DNA of 47,198 bases from positions 1 through 47,198 of the IMG/VR virus record IMGVR_UViG_3300021476_000007; one strand, given 5' to 3'. The stretch's first letter is position 1, and every line of letters begins with the position of its first letter. The notes beneath the pieces were generated by a model, which saw only the letters and a program-made list of their open reading frames with translations, was not told the DNA's origin and made no database searches. Both the position numbers and the translations under genes were made by a program. Source of the DNA: a virus. Lineage: Duplodnaviria; Caudoviricetes. Below are positions 16,432-25,053 of the stretch, piece after piece.

Positions 16432-17670
16432 CTACGCAGCGATCCGCTCGGGTGCCATGTAAGGCGCCAGAATTTTGAGAAGTGTTGCACGAGCCTGAGC
16501 AAGATTTGTAACGTCTCCCGTTTCGATTACGATCGAGCCCGGATCGATATCGCCGAGAAGATCTGCACTACGGCTCCGAGTATTGCCGTACCCGAAATTG
16601 ACTGCCCAAGGTCCCTGACAGCGTGCCAAGAATCCAAGATAGCGGAATGATCCAGCTAAGGCTAAAGTCGCTGCTAAGCGCTCTAGATTGACGGGCTCAT
16701 CTACCCGCTTTGCGATCGTAGTCAAGAGACAGGAAACATTCTTCTCCGGCCACACATTATCAGAGCAAATCGTCTGCACAAGCTCAACGGAATAACCAGC
16801 TTGTTCGAGAAGATTCGCTGCGATTGCAGCACAGCCGCCACGCCAGAAAAGTTCCTCTGCTGAGCGGTTCGCGGCTTGCGCGATGTTCACGTACAAGGTC
16901 ACATGGCGCCGAGAAACAGCCCGAGTACGTTTGCGACGCTCCCATGCACGCTCGAGATCGCCACGAAAGACCCGCTGAACGTCCAGCGTGTCGCCGTGGG
17001 AGTCGCGGACAGGTTTGCGCAGGATAGATTGCGGAGCGGGTAAGTCATTTCCAATATCTCCGAGAGCGGCGCGGAGTTTCCCGGCACCATCTGGCCAAAG
17101 ACCCTTCGCCAAGACAGCGACACACTCCGCCAAGGGCAGACCAAACCATTCCGGCCCGTCATCGTTTCCCTTGGTATGCCTCCATCTGTTGATGTTTTTA
17201 TAGGCTGTAGGTGTTTGATGCGCATAGACGCTCAGAGATTCGATGTTGTCGCAGTCTATGTGCGCGAATTTTTGCCCCGCGCCTTCACACTCATGCACCC
17301 GTACCCCGGGCACGGTTGGCCAGCCTGTTGCATTGAGCGTGATCGATACCGGGCCCTGCGAGCCCTGCGAGACTGGCGGGGTTGGCGGGGTTGGCAGTGC
17401 CGCTGCCGCAGGCTGTTGTTGTGCAGCTAGGCTCGCTGCCGCTTGGCTCGCTGCCGCTTGGATAGCTGCTTGGATAGGGTCTGGTTTCGACGTTGGAGCC
17501 GAAGCTTGCTGTGGAAGCGCACCCTTTTGCAGACAGGGCCCGCAAACCACTTTCTGCGATTTTGCGCCTTGCCTGTCGTATCCAATAGGCTGTCCCGCTG
17601 CGATCTTCGCCCGGCAGACACAGCAAGATGAAGGGAAGCGTGCCACTATGGGCTGGAAAGTCGCTGTCAC
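16432..17670 (-). CDS. VWA-like partner of the AAA+ ATPase, with N-terminal Zn ribbon and Pro/Ala/Gln linker
   Basis: GTGA-coupled to the AAA gene; CCVC...CGPC; GDTLDVQRVFRG, VTLYVNIAQAA, LEQAGYSVEL. Confidence 0.6.
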   Translation of the reverse strand: MTATFQPIVARFPSSCCVCRAKIAAGQPIGYDRQGAKSQKVVCGPCLQKGALPQQASAPTSKPDPIQAAIQAAASQAAASLAAQQQPAAAALPTPPTPPVSQGSQGPVSITLNATGWPTVPGVRVHECEGAGQKFAHIDCDNIESLSVYAHQTPTAYKNINRWRHTKGNDDGPEWFGLPLAECVAVLAKGLWPDGAGKLRAALGDIGNDLPAPQSILRKPVRDSHGDTLDVQRVFRGDLERAWERRKRTRAVSRRHVTLYVNIAQAANRSAEELFWRGGCAAIAANLLEQAGYSVELVQTICSDNVWPEKNVSCLLTTIAKRVDEPVNLERLAATLALAGSFRYLGFLARCQGPWAVNFGYGNTRSRSADLLGDIDPGSIVIETGDVTNLAQARATLLKILAPYMAPERIAA

Positions 17671-18839
17671 TTTGCGACCCCTACAGTTACGCGCTCTTGA
17701 TGTGTCCAGCCCGGAGTTATGGTCTGGATAAGAATTTGCTCCCACGAAGTCCCCGCTTGCAGGCTTCGCGCAGCGCTGATAATGTTGCGCGTCGAAACAA
17801 TCCGACGCAAATTTGCCTCTTGCATGCGCTGCCGAATCTCCCAAATCTGCGCAAGGTGGATCACTGGCAAAGCGTAGGCCGTGGCAAGCTGTTCTTCAAG
17901 CTTGCAATTGTAGTCGATCTCAATTTGGGTATTCCAGCGATTCAGAGTCGCGGCATCCAACTGATTCGCGCCGACGTACATACGATCGGCCCCGCTTCCC
18001 CACGTGTTCGCCGTAGCGATGAAACCCACGTTCTCACCTCGATCGACGAGCGGAGCCTTAAAGCGAGCTTGCACAAACCAGTGCCCGTTAGACAGTGGAG
18101 CATGCGCACAGGTCAACGTATTGCTGTCGGCGCGGTCAATTTCGTCAAACGTGATCAGTGCGTTGCCTTCGCTATAGCAGCGCAGCGCGTCCGACTCAAC
18201 AAAGTCGAATGTCATACCTTCCTTGACCGGGAGAAGGCGCCCCGTGATGTCCGCTTCGCTCATCCCCCCAGAAAAGTGCAGGATGCTGTGCTGCCGCTTG
18301 AGCGCTTGCGCGACGTGCCCCGCGAGCGTGGTTTTGCCCGTGCCTGCCGGGCCGACGAGAAGCACATTGTTCCCCGCAGCAATCTCGCGGAGCACACTTT
18401 CGAACATCGGATGCACGCAATCTGTCAGCGTCACTTCGCCAGCTTGGCTGACTACGATCCTGTGCGGAGCGAGCCCCTGCAGTGCAACGGCAAGCTTGCG
18501 CTCGATGATGGCGTTGACTGCAGCTTCATCAACACCTGCCGGGCGCGAGAGCACCTTGCGTAGCACTCCCGCAAGCTCGTCGCTGGAGTCACCAGATGGC
18601 GTCGGCTGCGCGGCTCCCGCTATACCCGATTTCGTGATGATTGCTTCCGCTGCTGGGATGAGCACTGCGAGATCCTGGCTAGCTGCCCAAACCGCGAAGT
18701 GCTCTTTGCTGAGCTTGCCAGTATCCCCGACGTGCCCGTCTACTTGGCGTTTTAGCTCAATCAATGCAAGTTTGCCCAAGCCTTCGACGCCCACTGCGCC
18801 CTGAGCGAATCGCTGTAACTCTTGAATCGGCGTCAACAT
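17667..18839 (-). CDS. MoxR/CbbQ/CobS-type AAA+ ATPase
   Basis: LLVGPAGTGKT, ITFDEIDR, IATANT, NQLDAATLNRW, VSTR sensor motifs. Confidence 0.88.
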   Translation of the reverse strand: MLTPIQELQRFAQGAVGVEGLGKLALIELKRQVDGHVGDTGKLSKEHFAVWAASQDLAVLIPAAEAIITKSGIAGAAQPTPSGDSSDELAGVLRKVLSRPAGVDEAAVNAIIERKLAVALQGLAPHRIVVSQAGEVTLTDCVHPMFESVLREIAAGNNVLLVGPAGTGKTTLAGHVAQALKRQHSILHFSGGMSEADITGRLLPVKEGMTFDFVESDALRCYSEGNALITFDEIDRADSNTLTCAHAPLSNGHWFVQARFKAPLVDRGENVGFIATANTWGSGADRMYVGANQLDAATLNRWNTQIEIDYNCKLEEQLATAYALPVIHLAQIWEIRQRMQEANLRRIVSTRNIISAARSLQAGTSWEQILIQTITPGWTHQERVTVGVAK

Positions 18840-19030
18840 TCTGCCTGTCCTTTCCTGTGATCCCCTCAGCCAGCCCAAGGGGTGACAGGGCACTAGAGCA
18901 ATCCCCGTGCCACCCCCCAACAGACTGGTTTTTAGGTACTAATGCACGGCGGGCGGCACATCCCCTTGCCGCTGGGCGTCACAATGTGCCGCAATTTACG
19001 TCACCCCTATGCTGCCTGGTAAAGCCCCTA

Positions 19031-19080
19031 CTGGTAGAGGGGTCTACCTGGTAGAGGGTTCTATGCCGCCTGGTAGAGGG
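19031..19080 (+). repeat. Three direct repeats CTGGTAGAGGG
   Basis: Exact copies at 19031-19041, 19048-19058 and 19070-19080; partial copies at about 19016 and 19166. Confidence 0.85.
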
Positions 19081-19092
19081 TCCGCGATGGCT

Positions 19093-19322
19093 AGTCAGGC
19101 ATGGCCAGTCCCCCTTGACCGGGCTCCCCCTGTCCCTTCCTGCCCACCCCCCCGGCCCACCGGCAGGTAGAGGGGCCATTCAAAAAATGAATTTAACTAT
19201 AAATTTTTTTTATACCAAATGCAGGGGAGGGGAGGGGGGTGGATCCACCTACCGGTGCAGGTGGGGGGTGCCCCTTATGGGACAGGGTATGCCCTGCCAC
19301 CGCAGACTAGCCATGCCTGACT
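19093..19322. repeat. Imperfect 230-bp inverted repeat around an AT-rich core (origin or packaging site candidate)
   Basis: Arms 19093-19168 and 19247-19322 match at 54/76 positions without gaps. Confidence 0.85.
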
Positions 19323-19627
19323 CAACAGTCTGTTGTCGGCCCTGGCTAGGGCCCGGAGGGGGAATCCGCCTGGCGCGAATCCCAAACCTCGGGGCTGGCG
19401 CCGCTCGCTTCGCCCCCGGGGGTCGGGGGCTCGCCTCGCTGCCGGCCCGGAGCGCGGACAGCCTGTCCCGGGGCCCAGAGGGTGGCCCGGCCCGAGGGGG
19501 TGCCGGGGGGGCAAATTCGCCGCCGCTGCGCGGGGCTTATGGCCCTGGCGCAAAATCGCGAAAGTTTGGAAGGGGGTCAGTTTCGCGCAAGGGGGCCCCT
19601 CCCCGGTATAAAGCATGCTTATGGAGG

Positions 19628-19655
19628 TTGACAGGCTGTTGCTGGGCCCTATAAT
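19628..19655 (+). promoter_or_regulatory. Consensus sigma70 promoter for the packaging/structural arm
   Basis: TTGACA (19628-19633), 16-nt spacer, TATAAT (19650-19655), upstream of ATG 19703. Confidence 0.85.
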
Positions 19656-19702
19656 GGAATTAGGGAGCCGGGAATGGGCGGAGCGTCGGAGCGCTGCCGC
19701 GA

Positions 19703-20284
19703 ATGTCTATTGAGAAGGTCAGGTATACCCACGACGGGTTGATCGACCACATCATCCGGGCCCAGCTTGCCGGGGTGCGCGTCACCAATCGGGAGTTGGC
19801 GAAGAATTTCGGGGTGACGGAAAGTTGGATGAGCCGCATCCTGTCCAGCGACGCCTTTAAAGAGCGCCTGGCGAAGCGGCGCTCGGAGCTTGTAGACCCC
19901 GCCATCCTCCAGACTATTGAGGAGGGATTCGAGGAGTTGGTCCGCCTTGCTCAGGCCAAGCTGCGTGAGGAGTTGGAGAAGCCCCACCCGGAGATCCGCG
20001 CCATTGAGAAGGCGCTGGAAATTGGGTCTCGGCACCTGACTGACGCCCGCAGGAATGAGATTGCCGCCGACCGTTCGGGGACCCCCCTCGAGGACCGGAT
20101 CGAGGCTATTAAACATAAGCTTAATAGTCTGTTCTCCCCACAGTTCCAACAGAGGATTCAAGATGCGAAAGTCATCGACATCGCCCCTTCGGGAGCGGAA
20201 ACAGGGGCCAGCCCCGCAGACCCTTCAAGCGCTGTCCCAACGCAGGACCCTCCCCTCATCCCCGGTCCCCAAGCGGGCCAGTAG
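19703..20284 (+). CDS. Putative terminase small subunit (HTH)
   Basis: NRELAKNFGVTESWMSRI HTH followed by helical segments; first gene of the arm, upstream of terL. Confidence 0.65.
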   Translation: MSIEKVRYTHDGLIDHIIRAQLAGVRVTNRELAKNFGVTESWMSRILSSDAFKERLAKRRSELVDPAILQTIEEGFEELVRLAQAKLREELEKPHPEIRAIEKALEIGSRHLTDARRNEIAADRSGTPLEDRIEAIKHKLNSLFSPQFQQRIQDAKVIDIAPSGAETGASPADPSSAVPTQDPPLIPGPQAGQ

Positions 20285-20296
20285 TAGAGGTCGATA

Positions 20297-20437
20297 ATGC
20301 CTAAGAACTCCAAGGTTGGGCGGTGCTACGACAGCAACGTCCGCAAGGGGATGGACAAGGGGAAAGCGGCCCGCGTCTGCCAGTCTTCAACCGGACAATC
20401 TCTCAAGACGGGAAGGAAGCCTAAAGGGAAGCGCTGA
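20297..20437 (+). CDS. 46-aa basic protein MPKNSKVGRCYDSNVRKG...TGRKPKGKR (not in ORF track)
   Basis: GAGG RBS; TGATG overlap with the next gene. Confidence 0.7.
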   Translation: MPKNSKVGRCYDSNVRKGMDKGKAARVCQSSTGQSLKTGRKPKGKR

Positions 20438-20901
20438 TGGCTGCCAATGGCTTGATGTACACATTCAACTCGGGGCCCGCGCTGCTGTCCTCGGGAGTGA
20501 GCGCGACCGACATCTTCACGATCGGCATGCCTGCCGGGGTGAAGGCGCTCATCCACGAGATCCGGTTGACCAGCAACCAGACCAACGATGCGCGGCTGGT
20601 CGTGCAGATTGCCCGGCGCTCGAGCGGCCCCACAGGCGGCACAACCATAACCCCCAAGCCGGTCAATCCCCGAAACACCGTCGTCGCAGCCGCGACCGTC
20701 ACCACCTTCCCGACCTCCGTCGGCACCCTCAACTATGCCGAGGAGGCAGAGGCGTGGTCCGTGCTCATCCCCTACGTTCGCCTGTTCACCAACGACGAGC
20801 GGGATCTGGTCGATGTCAGCACGTGGTACAGCCTGTTCCTGGCTGTGCCGCCCGCCTCTCCTATCCTGGTGGCCTTCTCCTGCCGCTATGAGGAAATCTA
20901 A
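20437..20901 (+). CDS. Putative virion protein (beta-rich)
   Basis: Thr/Gly/Val-rich, translationally coupled at both ends. Confidence 0.6.
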   Translation: MAANGLMYTFNSGPALLSSGVSATDIFTIGMPAGVKALIHEIRLTSNQTNDARLVVQIARRSSGPTGGTTITPKPVNPRNTVVAAATVTTFPTSVGTLNYAEEAEAWSVLIPYVRLFTNDERDLVDVSTWYSLFLAVPPASPILVAFSCRYEEI

Positions 20902-21236
20902 TGGCTACTCCTGACGCCGCGGGCGACTTCTTCGTCCAACTCCAACCCGACTCGACGGGCAAGTTCGTTGACACGCTCCAGATGCTCGTCAACGGGGTCT
21001 CGGTCCAACGGCAGCGCATCGTCCTGTCTGATTCCAATTTCCCACTCAATACGGGCAGCGTGAGCGTCGGCGGGGAACAGCGTGTCACCAGCAACCCTAT
21101 TGAGACCCTGCTCGTGCAGATCCTCATTGAGTTGCGGGTCCTCACCCACCAACTTGGGGAAGAGGGCTACGGCGACAATGACCCGGAGGCGATCCGTGCC
21201 TCGTTCACCGACGATCTTGGATTGACCGCGCAATGA
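20901..21236 (+). CDS. Hypothetical, likely virion-associated protein
   Basis: Coupled ORF; VQLQPDSTGK, QILIELR motifs. Confidence 0.6.
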   Translation: MATPDAAGDFFVQLQPDSTGKFVDTLQMLVNGVSVQRQRIVLSDSNFPLNTGSVSVGGEQRVTSNPIETLLVQILIELRVLTHQLGEEGYGDNDPEAIRASFTDDLGLTAQ

Positions 21237-21862
21237 GCTTCCTGAGAGGCAACGAGGGGCTCAGGCGACTTGCCGCTGGCGTCAAGGGAATCGCTCGCCT
21301 GGGCTTGACCTCCGAGTTGATGACGGCAGACGGCCACGGGCGTTACACCGACCCCTCGATGAAGGGCAACGTGTTCTGGGGGGTCTCGACCTCCGCCATC
21401 ACGCTTGCCAACGGTGCAAGCACCAGCTCGACCTTCACCCTCTACAATCCCCTCAATTCAGGTAAACTGCTCTCCTTGCTCTTCACGGGGTACATGAACC
21501 TGTCCGGTGGACCGGCGGGTGGATACATCACCCTGACGCAGAACTACCAAATAACCACGATTACTGGGACCTCGACGGCCAACGTCAAGCAAGGGAGTTG
21601 CGGCATCGGCGGGCCCAGCCCGATGGGTGCGGGACAAGTCTATAGTGCGTCCACTTGGGCCACGAACATGACCTTCCTGTTCCCGCTGGCGAGTCTCTGG
21701 TCAATTGGCACGTCCCCGGCTACTAACGGCATCAATACCCCCTGTACCGTCGAGACGGGCGGGTTGATCACAATTTACCCGGGCGGCGGGCTTGGCATGG
21801 CAGCAAGTACCGGCTCGGTCGGCGGCAACTTTTTTTGGCATTGGGAAGAAATAGCACTCTAG
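21233..21862 (+). CDS. Putative virion protein, paralogue of 21872..22552
   Basis: Shared motifs with the next gene; Gly/Thr/Ser-rich. Confidence 0.6.
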   Translation: MSFLRGNEGLRRLAAGVKGIARLGLTSELMTADGHGRYTDPSMKGNVFWGVSTSAITLANGASTSSTFTLYNPLNSGKLLSLLFTGYMNLSGGPAGGYITLTQNYQITTITGTSTANVKQGSCGIGGPSPMGAGQVYSASTWATNMTFLFPLASLWSIGTSPATNGINTPCTVETGGLITIYPGGGLGMAASTGSVGGNFFWHWEEIAL

Positions 21863-21871
21863 GAGCATGAC

Positions 21872-22552
21872 ATGCTTATCGCAGGCACCGTAGGACCAGT
21901 TGTACTCTCAGACGGCGTTGCACCCGCCGCCGGGGTCCGCCTCGACCGTACAGGTGGACTTATGGCGACCGAGTTGCAAGGTCGTTTTTATGAAAACACC
22001 TTCCGCAACGCGAAGTTTGCCAGCGGGATGGCCCTCACGTCGATTAGCGCGGCGACGTTCACAACCAGCACGTTGGGCGCAACCTGCACCCCGATCATCG
22101 GCTTGTGGAACCCGTATGCGGCGACCAACCTGGTTGTCCTGGGAGCAGTCCTGAGCATCACGCTGACCGCCCTGACGGCGACAGGCGCGGGCCCCTTCGT
22201 ATGGGCAGTCTCGACCGGCAACACCGCGATCACCACGGGCGCGATCCCATGGAGCCGCAAGACCCTCACGCAGGTAGGTTCGAGCGCGAAGGGGATGGGA
22301 GGCGTGGCCCTCACCGGTTTGACCAACAACCTTGTGGTCGCATTCGCATCCGCGTTGGGTGGCGGGCAGCCCTACAACGTCTCGGAAGTGGCAACCGCTG
22401 CAGGCTTCATGCCTCAGCAGGAGCCCTACTACGAATCCTTCGACGGCGGATTGATCGTGCCCCCGGGCGGCGTCCTCGCCCTCCTGGCAACGACCACGCC
22501 AGTTGCGCACTCGGCGGTTTCGGCCATCGTGTGGGACGAAGTAGCAGCGTAA
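21872..22552 (+). CDS. Putative virion protein, paralogue of 21233..21862
   Basis: AGGAG RBS; shared motifs. Confidence 0.65.
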   Translation: MLIAGTVGPVVLSDGVAPAAGVRLDRTGGLMATELQGRFYENTFRNAKFASGMALTSISAATFTTSTLGATCTPIIGLWNPYAATNLVVLGAVLSITLTALTATGAGPFVWAVSTGNTAITTGAIPWSRKTLTQVGSSAKGMGGVALTGLTNNLVVAFASALGGGQPYNVSEVATAAGFMPQQEPYYESFDGGLIVPPGGVLALLATTTPVAHSAVSAIVWDEVAA

Positions 22553-22556
22553 TGTC

Positions 22557-23210
22557 GTGCTCCTTGCTCTTCGCCTGCTCTATGAGAGTCAGCCGAAAGG
22601 CTACTCGCTTGGCCTGCGCGTCCCTGATCCGGCTCTTGCTGCTTTGCCTGAGTTGCTTGGGCCGGGGGACGCCGAGGTCACCGCGCAGAGGGCTTCCTTC
22701 CCGTGGGTCACGAGCATCGACGCATCAATCTTTTATCACCACGTCGCGTCAGTATCTTTTGTTCTCCAGCAATGGGTCGGACCCAGAATCGACTGGGATG
22801 AATCCTTCGTTGTCCCAATCCGCGACACCACAATCGACTTCTGGCCCGTCCCTGTCTTCTTCCATCCCATCCACCCTCTCCGCGCCGGAAGGCCCTATCT
22901 GATGAGCCGCGTCATCGTCCCGCCCAAAGAGGCGAGCAAGCAGTACACGCAGAACATTGACTTCTCCGATCAGATGGCGTCGGGGGAGACGATCACCTCG
23001 ACCACTGTCTCCTGCACCGTCTACTCCGGGGTGGACCCCACTCCCTCGGCGGTGCTCGGCAGCACCACGGTGTCGGGGCAGACCCTCAACCAAGTCCTCA
23101 CGGGCGGGGTCGCGGGTGTAATCTATCAGGTAGTATTGCAGGCGAATACAAGTGCCAGCCAGCAGTTGATAAAGTCCTTCTTCCTCGCCATTGTGCCCCC
23201 ACTCACATGA
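22557..23210 (+). CDS. Putative virion protein; C-terminal half (from ATG 22902) resembles small Ig-like phage adaptor proteins
   Basis: IDFSDQMASGETITS...GGVAGVIYQV...ANTS pattern. Confidence 0.55.
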   Translation: MLLALRLLYESQPKGYSLGLRVPDPALAALPELLGPGDAEVTAQRASFPWVTSIDASIFYHHVASVSFVLQQWVGPRIDWDESFVVPIRDTTIDFWPVPVFFHPIHPLRAGRPYLMSRVIVPPKEASKQYTQNIDFSDQMASGETITSTTVSCTVYSGVDPTPSAVLGSTTVSGQTLNQVLTGGVAGVIYQVVLQANTSASQQLIKSFFLAIVPPLT

Positions 23211-23392
23211 TCTATCGCTACTTTGAAGGGCGTCACAAGGACAGGCCAGGTCTCTACCTTGCCAATCGGCCCATCTTAGGCTTCGTCTTCGTAGTGAAGC
23301 TGTGGGGTGCGCATTATGTCTACTTCCGCTTCCGTTGGGGTTGGCCACAAGGGCATCCAAACCAGCACACCATGATTTGGGATATTGAATGA
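23207..23392 (+). CDS. Small hypothetical protein
   Basis: ATGA overlaps at both ends. Confidence 0.45.
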   Translation: MIYRYFEGRHKDRPGLYLANRPILGFVFVVKLWGAHYVYFRFRWGWPQGHPNQHTMIWDIE

Positions 23393-24858
23393 AGAACCCC
23401 CTCACCGCGACGACCGTTGCCGCCTTCGCCGCTACCTACCTCTCCCCGAGGTTCGACGGCCCGCGTCCGTCCCCGCCCTTCCATGCAGAGGGGTGGGAAC
23501 TCTACTGCTCGGACACGCCGCAGTGCGCCATCGCGGCACCCCGCAACCACGCCAAGTCCACCGCCTTCACGCACGTCTTCATCCTCGCGACTTGCCTCTT
23601 CCGCTGCGATCGGTACGTGGTGCTGGTCGGCAACAGCGAGGAGATGGCGATCGAGCACCTCCACGACATTTCGGCGGAACTCCATGAGAACGACGAACTA
23701 CGCAAGGACTTCGGCATCGACGAGTTTGAGACTGATCAAAAGACTGACATTGTGGTTCGCATGGAAGATGGTCATCGCTTCCGCATCATTGCTCGCGGCG
23801 CTTCTCAAGCGATACGGGGAAAAAAGTGGAACGGCGGGCGCCCGTCGCTCATCATATTCGACGACATCGAGGACGACGAGGCCGTTGCGAACCCTGACAC
23901 TCGTCGAAAGTTCAAGCAGTGGTTTTTCCGTGCACTTAAGCAGGCTCTCCGTGACGGCGGGCGCATCCGTGGACATGGAACAATCCTCCACGAAGATTCC
24001 ATGCTGAACAGCTTGATGAAGAACAAGCAATGGCAGACGCGCCTCTGGAAGGCCCACGAGGGCTTCGACGATTTCACCAACATCCTGTGGGAGACCAAAT
24101 TCCCGGAGGCCCGCCTCCGTCTCATTCGACAGGAGTTCATCGACCAGGGGGATGGTCCCGGCTACTCCCAGGAATACTTGAATGACCCCTTCGACAATCA
24201 AGACCAATACATTCGGCGCGAGGATCTCATCCCGATGGACGCGGACGACAACGACCGCATCGAGAAGAGCGCCGTCCTTTTCTACGCGGGGGCGGACTTC
24301 GCGGTGTCAACGTCCGCTTCGGCAGACCGAACTTCGTTCACTATCGGCTGCAAGGGAATTGGCTCTCGCCTATGCATCATTGACCAGCGCGATGGACGAT
24401 GGTCTCCCGATGTTTGGATCGACGAGATGTTCCTCCTCCAGCAACGCTGGAACATAGACACGTGGTTCGTCGAGGACGGCGTGATTTGGAAAGCCCTCTC
24501 CCCCACCATCCACCAAGAGATGCGCCGCCGCGAAGTCTTCCTAAATCTCGTACCTATCCTGCCCGTCAAGGACAAATCCGTGCGGGGGCGTGCATTCCAG
24601 AAGCGGACGCGGGCGGGTGCCATTGCCTTCAACACGGAAGCCACGTGGTTCCCTGAGTACTCCTATGAGATACTCCGCTTTACCGGGCGTGAAGGGGCGA
24701 CGCATGACGACCGCTTCGACTCGACCGCTACACTTTGCCTCGGGCTGGAACGCGCAGCGGACTTAGAGGCGTCTGATTTCATGTCTGAGGAAGAGATAGA
24801 GTTCGAGCGCAACGACCCTCGTTACTTGATCGGGCGCAACGCAGTAACGGGATATTGA
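23389..24858 (+). CDS. terL: Terminase large subunit
   Basis: APRNHAKST Walker A, IRG, IIFDDIED Walker B, GTILH, GADFA and HDDRFD nuclease motifs. Confidence 0.93.
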   Translation: MKNPLTATTVAAFAATYLSPRFDGPRPSPPFHAEGWELYCSDTPQCAIAAPRNHAKSTAFTHVFILATCLFRCDRYVVLVGNSEEMAIEHLHDISAELHENDELRKDFGIDEFETDQKTDIVVRMEDGHRFRIIARGASQAIRGKKWNGGRPSLIIFDDIEDDEAVANPDTRRKFKQWFFRALKQALRDGGRIRGHGTILHEDSMLNSLMKNKQWQTRLWKAHEGFDDFTNILWETKFPEARLRLIRQEFIDQGDGPGYSQEYLNDPFDNQDQYIRREDLIPMDADDNDRIEKSAVLFYAGADFAVSTSASADRTSFTIGCKGIGSRLCIIDQRDGRWSPDVWIDEMFLLQQRWNIDTWFVEDGVIWKALSPTIHQEMRRREVFLNLVPILPVKDKSVRGRAFQKRTRAGAIAFNTEATWFPEYSYEILRFTGREGATHDDRFDSTATLCLGLERAADLEASDFMSEEEIEFERNDPRYLIGRNAVTGY

Positions 24859-24859
24859 T

Positions 24860-25051
24860 ATGGGACTCCGAATTACTTACACCAAGATCTGCGACTACTG
24901 CGGGTACGACTCGCAGGAGGGATATCGCGCATTGCGGTTCGACCCGGCGACATGGCCCATCCCTAACTATTCCCTGGAATTCCACACAGTGGACCGCAGC
25001 ACCCTCATCTGCCATCGCTGCTGGAATGATCTCCGGAAGAAGAAAGACTGA
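24860..25051 (+). CDS. Small Zn-finger protein
   Basis: CDYC...CHRC; fills the terL-portal gap. Confidence 0.55.
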   Translation: MGLRITYTKICDYCGYDSQEGYRALRFDPATWPIPNYSLEFHTVDRSTLICHRCWNDLRKKKD

Positions 25052-25053
25052 TC

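Noticed and set aside
17370-17480. Short repeats such as GCTCGCTGCCGCTTG and GGCGGGGTT
   Set aside because: Explained by the low-complexity QAAAS/PTP protein linker
18993-19023. Leftward sigma70 promoter TTTACC...TAAATT
   Set aside because: 19-nt spacer and mismatches in both hexamers; too weak to call
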